From Amoebidium appalachense (taxonomy: Eukaryota; Protista; Ichthyosporea), in assembly GCA_963693365.1 (NCBI GenBank), contig CAVNZM010000001.1:666774-730773 (forward strand): a DNA stretch of 64,000 bases. Reading direction: 5' to 3'. Below the pieces are notes generated by a model, which made no database searches, was not told the origin of the DNA, and saw only the letters and a list, made by a program, of their open reading frames with translations. This document shows, piece by piece, positions 13,961 through 26,779 of the stretch. Each line of letters starts with the position of its first letter. The stretch's first letter is position 1. The position numbers were made by a program, and so were the translations under genes.

Positions 13961-15625
13961 CCTTGTAGCATAGAACCCCCCTTGTAGCATAGTATATGTA
14001 CATATGTTACCTAGACATTATTGGGTTTTCAATAACTACCCACAGAACAGCCTCTAGCACGAGACATTTACCACAAAGTTTATGGGGGGGATGGTAAATG
14101 TGCCCCTGGAGTACGAGGGTCACACGAAAAAAACACAACGTTGTAGCTCGTATAGAACCCCCCTTGTAGCATAGTATATGTCCATGTGTTACCTCAGTAG
14201 ACATTTTTGGTTTTTTCAATAACTACCAACAGAACAGCCTCTAGCACGAGAAATTTACCACAAAGTTTATGGGGGGGATGGGGAATGTGCCCCTGGAGTA
14301 CGAGGGTCACACAAAAAAAAACACAACGTTGTAGCTCGTATAGAACCCCCCTTAAAGCATAGAATATGTACATATGTTACCTAGACATTATTGGTTTTTC
14401 AATAACTACCCACAGAATAGCCTCTAGCACGAGAACTTTACCACACAGTTTGTGGGGGGGATGGTGAATGTGCCCCTGGAGTACGAGGGTCACACGAAAA
14501 AAACACAATGTTGTAGCTCGTATAGAACCCCCCTTGTAGCATAGTATATGTCCATGTGTTACCTAGACATTTTTGGTTTTTTCAATAACTACCCACAGAA
14601 CAGCTTCTAGCACGAGAAATTTACCACACAGTTTATGGGGGGGATGGGGAATGTGCCCCCCTGGAGTACGAGGGTCACACGAAAAAAACACAACGTTGTA
14701 GCTCGAATAGAACCCCCCTTGTAGCATAGTATATGTACATGTGTTGCTTACACATTATTGGTTTTTTCAATAACTACCCACAGAACAGCTTCTAGCACGA
14801 GAACTTTACCACACAGTTTATGGGGGGGATGGGGAATGTGCCCCTGGAGTACGAGGGTCACACGAAAAAAACACAACGTTGTAGCTCGAATAGAACCCCC
14901 CTTGTAGCATAGTATATGTACATGCGTTGCTTACACATTATTGGTTTTTTCAATAACTACCCACAGAACAGCTTCTAGCACGAGAAAGTTACCACACAGT
15001 TTATGGGGGGGATGGGGAATGTGCCCCTGGAGTGCGAGGGTCACACGAAAAAAACACAACGTTGTAGCTCGAATAGAACCCCCCTTGTAGCATAGTATAT
15101 GTACATGTGTTGCTTACACATTAAGTTGGTTTTTTCAATATCTACCCACAGAACAGCTTCTAGCACGAAACATTTACCACAAAGTTTATGGGGGGGATGG
15201 GGAATGTGCCCCTGGAGTACGAGGGTCACACAAAAAAAAACACAACGTTGTAGCTCGTATAGAACCCCCCTTGTAGCATAGAATATGTAGATATGTTACC
15301 TAGACATTATTGGTTTTTCAATAACTACCCACAGAATAGCCTCTAGCACGAGAAAGTTACCACACAGTTTATGGGGGGGATGGGGAATGTGCCCCTGGAG
15401 TGCGAGGGTCACACGAAAAAAACACAACGTTGTAGCTCGTATAGAACCCCCCTTGTGGCATAGTATATGTACATATGTTACTTGCACATTATTGGTTTTT
15501 TTCAATAACTACCCACAGAACAGCTTCTGGAACGAGAAATTTACCACAAAATTTATGGGGGGGATGGTGAGTGTGCCTCTGGAGTACGAGGGTCACCCGA
15601 AAAAAACACAACATTGTAGCCCGGA
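13960..15625 (+). repeat. Tandem repeat, ~183-bp unit, 9 copies
   Basis: TAGAACCCCC at 13971, 14153, 14341, 14523, 14708, 14891, 15074, 15260 and 15442. Confidence 0.95.
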
Positions 15626-15785
15626 TTGAAACCTCCTTTGTACCATGTACATCATATATCATGCAGCATGTGTTACTTTCGCGTTATTGGTTTCCTAGCA
15701 CGAGATATTCAGCACACAGTTGGGGTTGTGGGGGCAGTGTACACCTACAATATCAGGGGTACCGCGTGGCAAAAACACCCCCCCG

Positions 15786-15817
<32 letters not shown>

Positions 15818-16955
15818 TCACGCGTGCGATGGTGCACTAGTTATTACGTCAACTAGGCAGGGTATAGCATCAACGTTATTATATGTGCTGCTGAGTTTCT
15901 TTGGTTGTACACCCGTCACCAGTCAATTTATTGGTGTTGGCGCCCACCTATGACACCACCTCGGAAGACTGGGGTCACGTGGAGGACACGTAACTATAGT
16001 CTGATAGTTGTGACTAAGGGCACCGCTAAGGGCACCAAGCTGATGCACGCGCGCGCGCGAGCCGAAATCTATTTTTATCTTTTCCCTAATCAGGCGCGGC
16101 GGTTACTAAACCGAACTATAGCAAATAGCAAATAGTGATTGGCTAAACCCAATCCGGTTTGCAATTTTTTGTCCGTTTAAGCCTGTACGCACCGTTGTTT
16201 GCTCCATTTCTTTTCCCCCTTCCCGCAGGTCCGCAGTTCCGCAGGTCCCTTCCCGCAGGTCGCCTGGTCGCAGTTCCCTTCCCGCAGGTCGCCTGGTCAC
16301 AGGTCCCCTGCGCAGCCACCGTGCTGCATGGTTTCGACCATGCTGCATGCTGAACACGGCCATCTGGTGTTTCTAGATGGCCGTGATGCTGAAGCATCTT
16401 CGCCTAACGGCTGAAAGGCCGTTTGAAGGTTAGTTTTGTGTTGCCTGCTTTTGTGCATATGGCGTTTGTCTGTCTGGTCTGTGTCCGTGCCTGTGATTAT
16501 ATCTGTGTCTGTGTCTGTGTCTGTGTGCGTGTGTGTTTATGTGTGTGTGTGTGTGCGTGCGTGTGCGTGTGTTCTGCTGGCTGCAGATGCACGTTGCCTT
16601 TTCACGTTCATGAACCAGCGACTGTGGGCACTACTTTTCCTGTTAGCACTATAGCTATCATCCCCTCCACCAGTCGTTCAAGCTATTTTCTGCTTCTCTA
16701 GACTTCATAAGTTTGTGCTTTTGTCTTTCAGCACAACGTACGCGTGTTTCACATGTTAGCATTTAGTGTTATTCATTCATTCTAACCCCCCCCCCCCCCC
16801 CCCCCCCAAACACACACACACAATCACTCACTCACTTCCCCACCCACACATACAAAAAAACACACACACCAAAAGCCCCTCCCATCCCCCCCCCCTCCCC
16901 CCCTCCCCCCCCCCTTCCAAAAAACTGTCAAATGCCTCCATGCCCACCAACACAG

Positions 16956-17231
16956 ATGTTCCAGGTTGCCCCTGTCAATGCCGCCGACCCCGACAAGTTG
17001 GCAGACCAGGTTAGGTGCCGCAAGAAGACGTGGGAGGGGTGGTTGGTGGAGGTTCAAGTTGAGTGCAACAACCATCCCTGTGGCCACATGTACAGCGTCG
17101 ATCCGGTGAGGGGCAACCCATGGGGCAACTCCGCCCTTCACCGCATCATGTGCATGTGACAGTCCCCCATCAACGGCTCCTACATCAAGAACCGCCTCAG
17201 CAGCTTCAAGACACTAAACGTTTGTGCCCAT

Positions 17232-17276
<45 letters not shown>

Positions 17277-17383
17277 CACACCCCAATCAAAGACGAAGTC
17301 TTCTCATGCTGCTTTTTTTAACATGCTTATTCATGTTTAATGTTGTTGTTCTTCCTTATTGGTTCATTCTTAATGCACTGTGA

Positions 17384-17414
<31 letters not shown>

Positions 17415-17869
17415 ACTCACTCCCACTCCCTCCCTCCCACCTCCCCCTGTTGTCCCACGTACGAATCACCAACACATAACCACACAAGACATCAAATCCT
17501 TGACACTCAGAGAAACGGTACATGCATGGTTATCCAGTATCCATTCAGCTTCCCACTTCCTCAAGTCATTTCAGATTTTTCATTGTCGAATTCGGTTTTA
17601 TTTGCTGCTAATGGAGAATACCCCCTTTCCTCATCACCACATACACACATGCTTACGTGTACGTACACGCAACACACACACCAACACCCACACAGGAGTT
17701 TCAAAAGGCGTTGCCCGAGCTCTTCAGCTTCATGCTCCACACATTTGAGTGCGGACTGCGGGATCCAATGGCCCACAAGTCTGCCACTCAGATTTCGTGG
17801 TCAGCTGTGAAGTATGGAGCTGACATGCCTGACTACGAGGGTGGTGCTCGGCCATCAGAGATCAGCAAG
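16956..17869 (+). pseudogene. Tentative exons of an unknown gene inside the DNA transposon
   Basis: High-complexity blocks after ACACAG acceptors (MFQVAPVNAADPDKLADQVRCRKKTWEGW...; EFQKALPELFSFMLHTFECG...EISK|GT) between poly-C introns. In-frame stop at 17157; no family recognised. Confidence 0.3.
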
Positions 17870-19733
17870 GTAAACAACTACCCCCCCCCCCCCCCCCCCC
17901 TTGCGTCCTCCCTGAGGATGGGCTCTGCTTATGACGCATACTGTGCACATGGCTGATGTTGCGTGCTTGAATGTTTGCCTTTGCATGTGTCCTGCACCAT
18001 GCTTCTCATCGTGTATGCGTATTTCGTACCGTATTCTGCATTCAACCCCCCCCCCCCCCCCCCATCATTGTGTTTTAGCTCCCGTCCGAAAGACAACGTA
18101 TGGATATCGAAATGATGATATTGATAAGTCGTATGTATGGGTTACGTATCATCGTAGTGTTTTAGGATATCTCCTAAGCATGGGCAAGTATCATCCTATC
18201 ATGTCATCTTTAGGTTTGGTATGGTAACATTGTGATAGCATTTTTCCCAGGTACATACATGCTCAGGCTAGCCAGAAAAGTTAAAAACACTCACACAATC
18301 TCCTTCTGTCCCAACCCCGTATGCAAAGACATGGGAAAAGATCTGCAAGGTCCGGGAGAAGGCAGTCCTCAGCCTGTCAGCAGAAAGGCGATGTGGGTGG
18401 GAGGGTTGAGGATGATTAGAATGATGAGGAATAGGGAAAGACCCCCCCCCCCCCCCCCCCGGGAGGAAAAAAAAAAGAATTAATACTTAGTTTATGTCTC
18501 TTTTGGTGTAGTCCCGGCCTCTGCAGGGGGGAGATGTAGACTTCGTATTTTATTTGTGTGATGATGTTTGTTTTGTTTTGTTTGTTGGTTTGTTGGTTTG
18601 TTTAGTTTGTTCGGTGAAAGCTGGACTCCTGTGGAGTCTAACAGAGTGAAATTGTCTCTACTCCTGTGGAGTGAGACTTCGAAATTTTTAAACATGAACA
18701 ACTTGTGCGGTCTCTGCTCCAGTGGAGCGAGACATAAAGGAACAACAGTCTTAATGGTATCTCGTGTACAAATTGTGAAAAAGTTAGAAAGGTAAGAAGG
18801 AAGGGGGGGGGGGGGGGGGGGGGGGGGACGTCGACAGAGTGAGTCGGTACATATTAGTGTTCAATGAATGCTGGGCATGTACATTCAAAAGTTACTCATG
18901 TCGTAATAGTAGGATATTCTCGAATGTATTGTGTGAATAAATGTGGGCGCCCACGAACAATTTATGAATACCAATAAACACACAATGTGAACATCTCTAT
19001 ATTGTTCTTAATCTCTATATTGTTCTTACAATGCCCCATGAACATACACGAATGTCAAATTCGTGTATATAAATGTATTACGAGTATGGTCGAAAAATAC
19101 TGCCTGAATATGTTGTTAGTGTCCAAAAACGTATTCATTTGCACTAAACATGCTGTTCTACGAACGCCTTTATGGCATCCGTTTGTGTTCAAATAAGGTA
19201 TTTTATGGTACCCTTAGGCATTCGTGAGATGCTATTTGAGTACATATGTGTGCACCGAATAACGTTCGCAGTTACTATTCATGAACACATATGTCGTACT
19301 CAGATCGTGTTTGTGGAGTATTTTCGAAACATTCACATAGTGTATTCGTGGACGTTCCAGTGTCACTGAACGGGTATTTATAAAGCACTCCACATGTACC
19401 CCATATACACAAATATGTATTCCAACTGAATGTCTGGTCATGTACGCGTATGTACGTGTATACTCAGAACACGGTGTCCAAGTGGTATGAATACGGTATC
19501 TATAGTGCATTCATACGTTATCTAGTGTGCATTCACAAGGTACTTGGGCATGTATTCATGTAGTATTCGGCTAGGTACACACATATACCATGTGGTGTCA
19601 GGTGGCATTCGAATAGGTATCCATATACGATTCACTGAATGTACGAATTTTTGAACATTTTTGGACATTCAAGTGTTCAAAATGTGTACGAGGATACAAT
19701 TTAGCGGGGGGGTGGGGTTTGCTGATTTGTGTG

Positions 19734-20616
19734 AGGCTGAGGTTGAGATACGCAGGTTTCTCCGACATGGTGATCAATCAGTCAGATGATGCGTGAGAGA
19801 GGAATCAGATCGGTATTCAAATTTGAATATTTTTGATTGCAGCGAGAGTATGTGTTGCGAGAGCGTGCGAAAAATGGGCCTTTAACCTGTTGTTTTGTAC
19901 GGGTCTAAGGGAGCAGAGTGCACAGAGGTGTCATGTAAAACACGACTAACACATTAATGAGAGGGCAATCGGAGTTGTTCACGAGACATTGAAAGATTTC
20001 AAACAACAACTGAATCTTTATTGTGCTCTCGGTTCCTTTTGTACTTGCGACTTATCATCTTATCACAACTAAAGAGGGAGAACCAATCGGTTCTATCAGA
20101 AGATAGAAAAACACATTCCGACAGAGCATACGCATTCCAACTTCCGATTAAACTAAAGTTTAGAAACTCTTACTTAAATAAATTAAGTAATTATACATCT
20201 AGTCACTATTAACTCACATATATATTTATGTTCGTCTCCATAAAGAAACTTATTTAAATACATATATTTCCTAATAGTCGACACTCTCAAAGTGAAGACA
20301 CTTTGCAATAAACCGAATTCCATATATATCTATTGTCCAATCACAACACACATATATTAATAGACAGGAATGCACAACACAATCTACAGATGTACTCGCT
20401 CGCGACTATTGGCGAGCCATCCTTTTGAGAACAAAACTAGGCCATTTTGAAATAAAGGAAAGACAACGAGTGAGGCTAGCCAATCACGCTACCTCTCAGA
20501 TAAACAGAGGAGAACAAACAGAAATAAAAACACAATAAGTTCTTATCAGGCAAGAGAGTCAGGTGTGCACAGATCTACAGATATCTGTTCTCACAGAAAC
20601 AAGGGAGAGAGAGATA

Positions 20617-20701
<85 letters not shown>

Positions 20702-20789
20702 AGAAGGAAAGCAGACACGAATACAAACAAGCTAGGACACATACATACTTCAAGGCTCTTGCTGTCATACATGGTGACGTATTCCAACA
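19734..20789 (-). mobile_element. Copia-C 5' LTR (20789-19888, 902 bp), PBS (19887-19862), leader and gag start (ATG 19768)
   Basis: TGTTGGAATACGT...ACAAAACAACA termini, followed by GGTTAAAGGCCCA; MSEKPAYLNL resembles Copia-B MTDKPSYINL. A partial second copy lies at 53673-54118. Confidence 0.85.
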
Positions 20790-21072
20790 GCTTCCCAGTT
20801 GGAACGTCTACTACTACGATTCTGTACATGTATTTTTTTTTTTTTTTTTGCCTTAAGTGGGGTTTGTCCACTTTAAGGGTTCATCGATTAGCACAACACA
20901 TATACACCTGAGGCTAGCCACCTTTGCGAATACTGGCCGACTCCCAGTCCCACAGAGTCACAACACATAGGTTAATGTTTCCACGGCTGGCTCCCGTTAA
21001 TATATATATTATACCTTCACCTGCATATTTTTTTTTTTTTCCTTGGTTGTTTTCCTTCCTTTGCTGTTGTTT

Positions 21073-21199
21073 CCCCCCCCCCCCCCCCCCCCTCCCCCCC
21101 CCTCCCCCCTCCCCCCCCCCCTCCCCCCCCCTTCTCCCCCCCCCCCCCCCCCCTTCTCCCCCCCCCCCCCCCCCCCCTTCCCCCCCCCCCCCCCCCCTC

Positions 21200-21232
<33 letters not shown>

Positions 21233-22263
21233 AAAAGTACACACTTTAATTTTTTTTTTCGTTTCTGTTCTCAAGTGGGGAGATTTCACTAGTTCAGTGG
21301 GGATATGATAACACAAACTTCAAAGTCTTAAGTGGGGATGTTGTAATACGTAGTATTTACATATGGTAAGATCTTCTCAGTCTGTGTTATGTTTCAGTTC
21401 ATATGCTTAGTGTATATGCCACACTCCTATTATGTAAAGTATAGCATCGATCTCCGATATGCTTGTATACTTGTAATCGTGTTGTATCGGCTCTAATCGT
21501 GTATTGTGATATCGATTAGAATATTTATATGTGTGTACACGGATCCACCCACTCAGGGAGAGACGTGTACATGTTTGTGTGTACATAAATATCTCTGGTT
21601 ATAGTTATGCTATTACTATCTTGTTTGCTGATCTGTGCTCTCTTTTCCTTTCTCTTTCTCCTTCCTTATTTTCTTTTCTTTCTCTCCTTGTCTTCATGTG
21701 TATAATCGTATTTCTTTTCTACTAATATATGTTAGGTAGATTTGTGTTACTTAATATGTGTTGATTGGACGGTAACACACTTAGGCTACACTTAGAATAA
21801 CATGTGTGATTAGACTTCATTAATTTACTTTAGTTTTCATGTGTTGCCGGGCTTTAACCAATCTTCAAGGTTAAGTTTGATATGTCTGAGTCTTTGCAAT
21901 GTGTCATAGGTTAGAACTTCCTTGATGATGACACGAGTTGATCTTAACTAGTGTCTGTGTCCTATCGTGTACGTCTCCGCGTACCAGATCTCTCTGAAAG
22001 CAATTGGTTCTTAGTGATTGGTTTCTATTAGAGATGGATCTGATTTCCGACTGGTCGGAAATCATGTATGGATTGGACTTAGAGGAATTTCAGGTATTTA
22101 TTCGAAGATCAGAATAAATTCAGTTCAGTCGTGTCTAAACATTGATGTCTGTTGTGTACACTGCTCCGATCGTTCCGTGTTTTGTTGTTGTGTGTGTCTG
22201 TGGTGTTTTCACACTGCACCACTGTGTCTCTGCTTTCATCCCAAATACTTCTACAATTTAACA
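21073..22263 (+). mobile_element. Copia-A 3' end: poly-C tract, PPT region and LTR (21339-22263, 925 bp)
   Basis: AAGTGGGGA|TGTTGTAATACG...TTTAACA; same arrangement as 62015-63162. Confidence 0.95.
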
Positions 22264-25200
22264 GCTGCCTTACGTATGCCTCTCCCGTATCACATGCTAT
22301 TGGGTAAAATTCGGAAGATTGATCGCGGCGATCATTCGATTCGAATAACGGCCGACCCGTCATCCGACCCGGAATCTGCAACCGATTCCTTTTACGGCAC
22401 CCTGTTTAAACGTAACCCGACATGTACGGCCACGGACCTGGGGCAGGCGCCCCCTCCTGTTTTTGTTCCACCCTCCGACACACCACCACCCCCACACATA
22501 GCGTGGCCAGCGGGGCCGGCTGAGTTTGGGGCTGAACTGGGGGAACTTTTTACCCCAGATGCGGTATGACAGTTAGTCTCCCGTTACCCGTCCCGCAAAG
22601 CGTGCGGGCCGGACGGCATCCCTATGCCCACTACTTAAGGTACTCATCCCACCCCGACGTGAGAAAGACGAAAGCGTGGCCTGTCGCCACCACTTACATG
22701 TATTCTTAGCGAGTTGTTTAGCTGGTATTCTGATGTCGGTAAAGTGTCCTCGGAGTGGCTAGTCACCTTAGTGTTTCCCATCAAGAAAACGGTTGCACAG
22801 GGTCCCATTAACGAATTTTGCCCTCTCACCCTTACGTCCGTTGTTCGCCGATTATTCGAAAGTGGCCTTTTACAGGCCTTTTCCCGTAACCCCACCCTTA
22901 AGCAGGTTTCCCAGCTGAGCCCTCTTCAGGCGGCGTTTCGGCATCGACACTCATGTTACGCACAAATCCTCACTCTACATAATGCAACTCAAAGTGATAC
23001 CGAGCACCTCGTATTTATCGATTTTAAGAACGCGTACGACACGGTCGACCTCCCTCGCCTGTGGGCCAAGTTGGCCACTCGCGGTGTCCCATTCCAAATG
23101 GGTCGGCTACTGGAAGCTATGTTTACGTTTACACGTGGACGAGCAGTGGTTAATGGGCGGCTATCCCCAGGGTTTACCCGCACGCGCGGGGTACCGTATT
23201 CAAGGGTCCCTGCTAAGCCCTCTTCTTTTCAACCTGTATATTGATGATTTAGCCGACACTCTTTCTGCGGCACAAATTGACGGGGGGTTACCATCCCAGG
23301 CTCCCCCCGCCCTCTTTTTTGCCGACGATATTGTGCTTATGTCATCCGATCCTCTCGAACTACGGCAATACATTCGTGTGGTTGAACATTGGTGCCAGCG
23401 CAACGATATGAAGATTAATGTCAAAAAGTGTGCCCTTTTATCAAATCGATACCGGCATGGGACGACATTTGTATTTTCGGCAGTCCCCTCCATCGCCCAA
23501 TCGAATACAAGTATTTGGGGATTCCGGTGGAGGAATGGGGCATATGTTTCAAACGGATGATCGACCGTCGGGTGGAGAGTGCAGGCAGGTGTCTTCGGTT
23601 ATTTAGGGATGTGTATCTTGCTACTCTTTCTCCTACTGTCCACCTATACAATCGTCTTAGTATATTTCGCACATATATTCGCCCTTTGTCTGAATACGGG
23701 TTGCCCTTACTAGCTATGGCACCCCCTGATACTGTTACTAATGTCCTCAAATCAATAGATGATTTCCACTACACAACTTGTTGTAACGTTTCTCGCTGGT
23801 CTTTCCACACCTATCCCTAGACGCCTTTTTGATTCTCTCAACGCACTCACACCACCATCACAACGGGTACACGAATTAGCCCTTAAATTTCACGAGCACA
23901 TCACCCGCCTGTCCGCTTGTGCCCCGGACCATCCGCTCTTCCGGCTACACGCATCCCCGCCGGACTCGCCCCTCTACCTCTTCCCTTCCCCATCGTCTCT
24001 GCCCATTGCCGAGCGTTATGTGGAATGGCTGGTGACCCCACCGGAGGTACGGCTAGATCATAGTGTGAATATGAATAGTTTCAAGTCTATGGCTGATAGA
24101 TATCTTTTTACTCTACGTGTTGAGTCCCTTCCGGTGTTAGGACCGCAAAAACACCAACTACTAGTAGCCTATTTGGCGGATACGGTTAGAGAGTCTCGTT
24201 CATACATAGATTCGTTTATTCGTAATGTGGTGTGGTGTAAAAACGCAAAGATGATTATGGCTTGGCGGTGTAATCGGTTTCTGGTGTCTCCTGCTCGTAT
24301 GTGTAATATGTGTGGGGGGCGTGTTGTAATACGTAATATTTACATATGGTAAGATATTCTCAGTTTGTGTTATGTTTCAGTTCATATGCTTAGTGTAAAT
24401 GCCACACTCCTATTATGTAAAGTGTAGCATCAATCTCCGATATGCTTGTATACTTGTAATCGTGTTGTATCGGCTCCAATTGTGTATTGTGATATCGATT
24501 AGAATATTTATATGTGTGTACACGGATCCACCCACTCAGGGAGAGACGTGTACATGTTTGTGTGTACATAAACATCTCTGGTTATGGTTATGCTATTACT
24601 ATCTTGTTTGTTTATCTGTGCTCTCTTTTCTTTTCTCTTTCTCCTTCCTTATTTTCTTTTCTTTCTCTCCTTGTCTTCATGTGTATAATCGTATTTCTTT
24701 TCTACTAATATATGTTAGGTAGATTTGTGTTACTTAATACGTGTTCATTGGACGGTAACACACCTAGGCTACACTTAGAATAACATGTGTGATTAGACTT
24801 CCTTAATTTACTTTAGTTTTCATGTGTTGCCGGGCTTTAACCAATCATCAAGCTTAAGTGTGATATGTCTGAGTCTTTGCAGTGTGTCATAGGTTAGAAC
24901 TTCCTTGATGATGACAGGAGTTGATCTTAACTAGTGTCTGTGTCCTATCGTGTACGTCTCCGCGTACCAGATCTCTCTGAAAGCAATTGGTTCTTAGTGA
25001 TTGGTTTCTATTAGAGATAGATCTGATTTCCGACTGGTCGGAAATCATGTATGGATTAGGCTTAGAGGAATTTCAGGTATTTATTCGAAGATCAGAATAA
25101 ATTGAGTTCAGTCGTGTCTAAACATTGATGTCTGTTGTGTACACTGCTCCGATCGTTCCGTGTTTTGTTGTTGTGTGTGTCTGTGGTGTTTTCACACTGC

Positions 25201-25510
25201 ACCACTGTGTCTCTGCTTCCGTCCCAAATACTAATACAATTTTACAGGGCGGTTTACTCGCGGCTGCATATCTATCAATAAATGCAACCTGTTAGCTAAT
25301 GTATTAGACCCGGAGGTTATTGGCGGTTTTATTCTCTTTTCTTCCTCTCTTCCTCAATATCTCCGTTTTAAGATGACTATCCTAGATCACCTTGTTAATG
25401 CTGCACAGTATGATACTGTGATCCGGTGCCTTAACTTTCTTTCGGAGCTACCGATGCTAGCCTCTGCTTACCCATAATATGTAATAGGGGTGTCATATAC
25501 TACGATGGCG
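22264..25510 (+). mobile_element. 5'-truncated, frameshifted non-LTR (LINE-like) retrotransposon, interrupted by a solo LTR
   Basis: RT motifs KACGPDGIP, QAAFR, FIDFKNAYDTV, QGSLLSPLLFNLYIDDL, FADDIVL and YKYLGI across shifting frames; C-terminal CNMC motif. Confidence 0.9.
24322..25246 (+). mobile_element. Solo LTR, Copia-A, with 5-bp TSD GGGCG
   Basis: TG...CA, 925 bp; GGGCG at 24317-24321 and 25247-25251. The empty site is visible in the second LINE copy (~26415-26440). Confidence 0.95.
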
Positions 25511-25524
25511 CTCGTTGCCTAGCA

Positions 25525-25778
25525 TGTACATATGTCACTGGCTGCATTTGATTGGCTGCGCTGGAAAACGCAGTAGGCCATCGAATGTGGCTGGGCCTCC
25601 GGCAGTGTCCACGCAATAAAAAGTGTGTAAACCCCTTCCTTGCTTTGCACGTAATGAAGTAAGGGGAATTTTACGCACTATTTATTGCTATCGGACATCG
25701 TCTGGGGCCCAGCCTCACTTGACGGCCTACTGCGTTGTCCAGCGCAGCCAATCAAATCTAGCCGGTGACATATGTACA
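25525..25778. mobile_element. 254-bp imperfect palindrome (foldback/MITE-like)
   Basis: TGTACATATGTCAC...GTGACATATGTACA; arms pair over roughly 115 bp. Confidence 0.75.
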
Positions 25779-25790
25779 CGGCACGCATAT

Positions 25791-26179
25791 TGAGTTTTTT
25801 GCGTTGATCTAAATATCTAAATACTCGGCGAATTTAGGGCCGAATTTAGAGAACCAATGCCGTTCTCTAAATATCTAAAAGTCTGCTCGATTCGCATAGA
25901 GCAGTTTAGAAACTGAATCATCTAGATCGTAGATCGCAAATCTATTGGATAAGAGATATTTAGGCGAGTTCCAAGGACCAATCGTCTCATCCTAGACATC
26001 TGGAAGACACCCCCCCTCCCCCCCCCTCTTCCAGATTGACCCATCTGGAAGAGGGTCGAAATCAATCTAGATTTTATGCAAACTTTAACAATTTAACAGA
26101 TCGATCGAATTGCGAAAGTTTTACACGTAAATTTAACAATATAGATATTTAGATATCTAGATCAACGCGAAGCGGCTCA
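25791..26179. mobile_element. MITE-like element with ~33-bp imperfect terminal inverted repeats
   Basis: TGAG..GCGTTGATCTAAATATCTAAATA versus TATTTAGATATCTAGATCAACGC..CTCA; many internal ATCTA/TAGAT motifs. Confidence 0.6.
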
Positions 26180-26180
26180 T

Positions 26181-26703
26181 TGTACGCAATATACAACCCT
26201 ATTATAGATTATGGATAAGCAGATGCTAGCATTTGTAGCTCTGAGAGAAAGTTAAGACACCGTATCACAATATCATACTGTGCAGCAACAATAAGGTGAT
26301 CAAGGATAGTCATTATAAAACGGATATATTGAGGAAGAGAGGCAGAAAAGAGAATAAAACCGCCCCTAACCTCCGTTAGCTAATATGCCACACTTATTGA
26401 TAGAGGTGCATCCGCGAGTAAACCACCCCCCACACATATTACACATACGGGCAGGAGACACCAAAAAACGATTACACCGCCAAGACATAATCATCTTTGC
26501 GTGTTAATACCACCTAACATCATGAATAAACGAATCTATATAGGAACGAGACACTCTAACCGTATCCGCCATATAGGCTACTAGTAGTTGGTGTTTTTGC
26601 TGTCCTAACACTGGAAGAGACTCGACGCGTAAAGTAAAAAGGTATCTATCAGCCATAGACTTAAAACTATTCATATTCACACTATGATCCAGCCGTACTT
26701 CCG
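26181..26703 (-). mobile_element. Second, diverged 3' fragment of the same LINE family
   Basis: PEVRLDHSVNMNSFKSMADRYLFTLRVESLPVLG matches ORF 23759..24352; similarity continues through the tail. Confidence 0.9.
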
Positions 26704-26748
26704 GCAAGTAGCCGGGCACTACTATGCCACGGTGTCGCCTGCGGCAAC

Positions 26749-26779
<31 letters not shown>

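Larger units (their letters stand above)
3971..19733. mobile_element. ~15.8-kb Plavaka/CMC-like DNA transposon, probably non-autonomous, inserted in the Copia-C gag
   Basis: Inverted AATCAGCAAACCCC occurs at both ends (right end reads CACACAAATCAGCAAACCCC on the - strand; left terminal 6 bp differ). Both subtermini are AT-rich and GAATA/TATTC-rich. The flanks rejoin as gag MSEKPAYLNLSL|WKGDDTTDKK. Contains Plavaka-like exons. Confidence 0.75.

Noticed and set aside
8404-13990. Long His/Thr-rich and Cys/Val-rich ORFs
   Set aside because: Translations of (CA)n/(TG)n microsatellites.
16200-16310. Cluster of CCGCAGGTC motifs
   Set aside because: Short local repeats; no function can be supported from sequence.
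21531-22569. Recurrent small ORFs MCTRIHPLRE... and MVSIRD...
   Set aside because: They recur only because they lie in the multi-copy LTR; non-ATG starts and variable stops.
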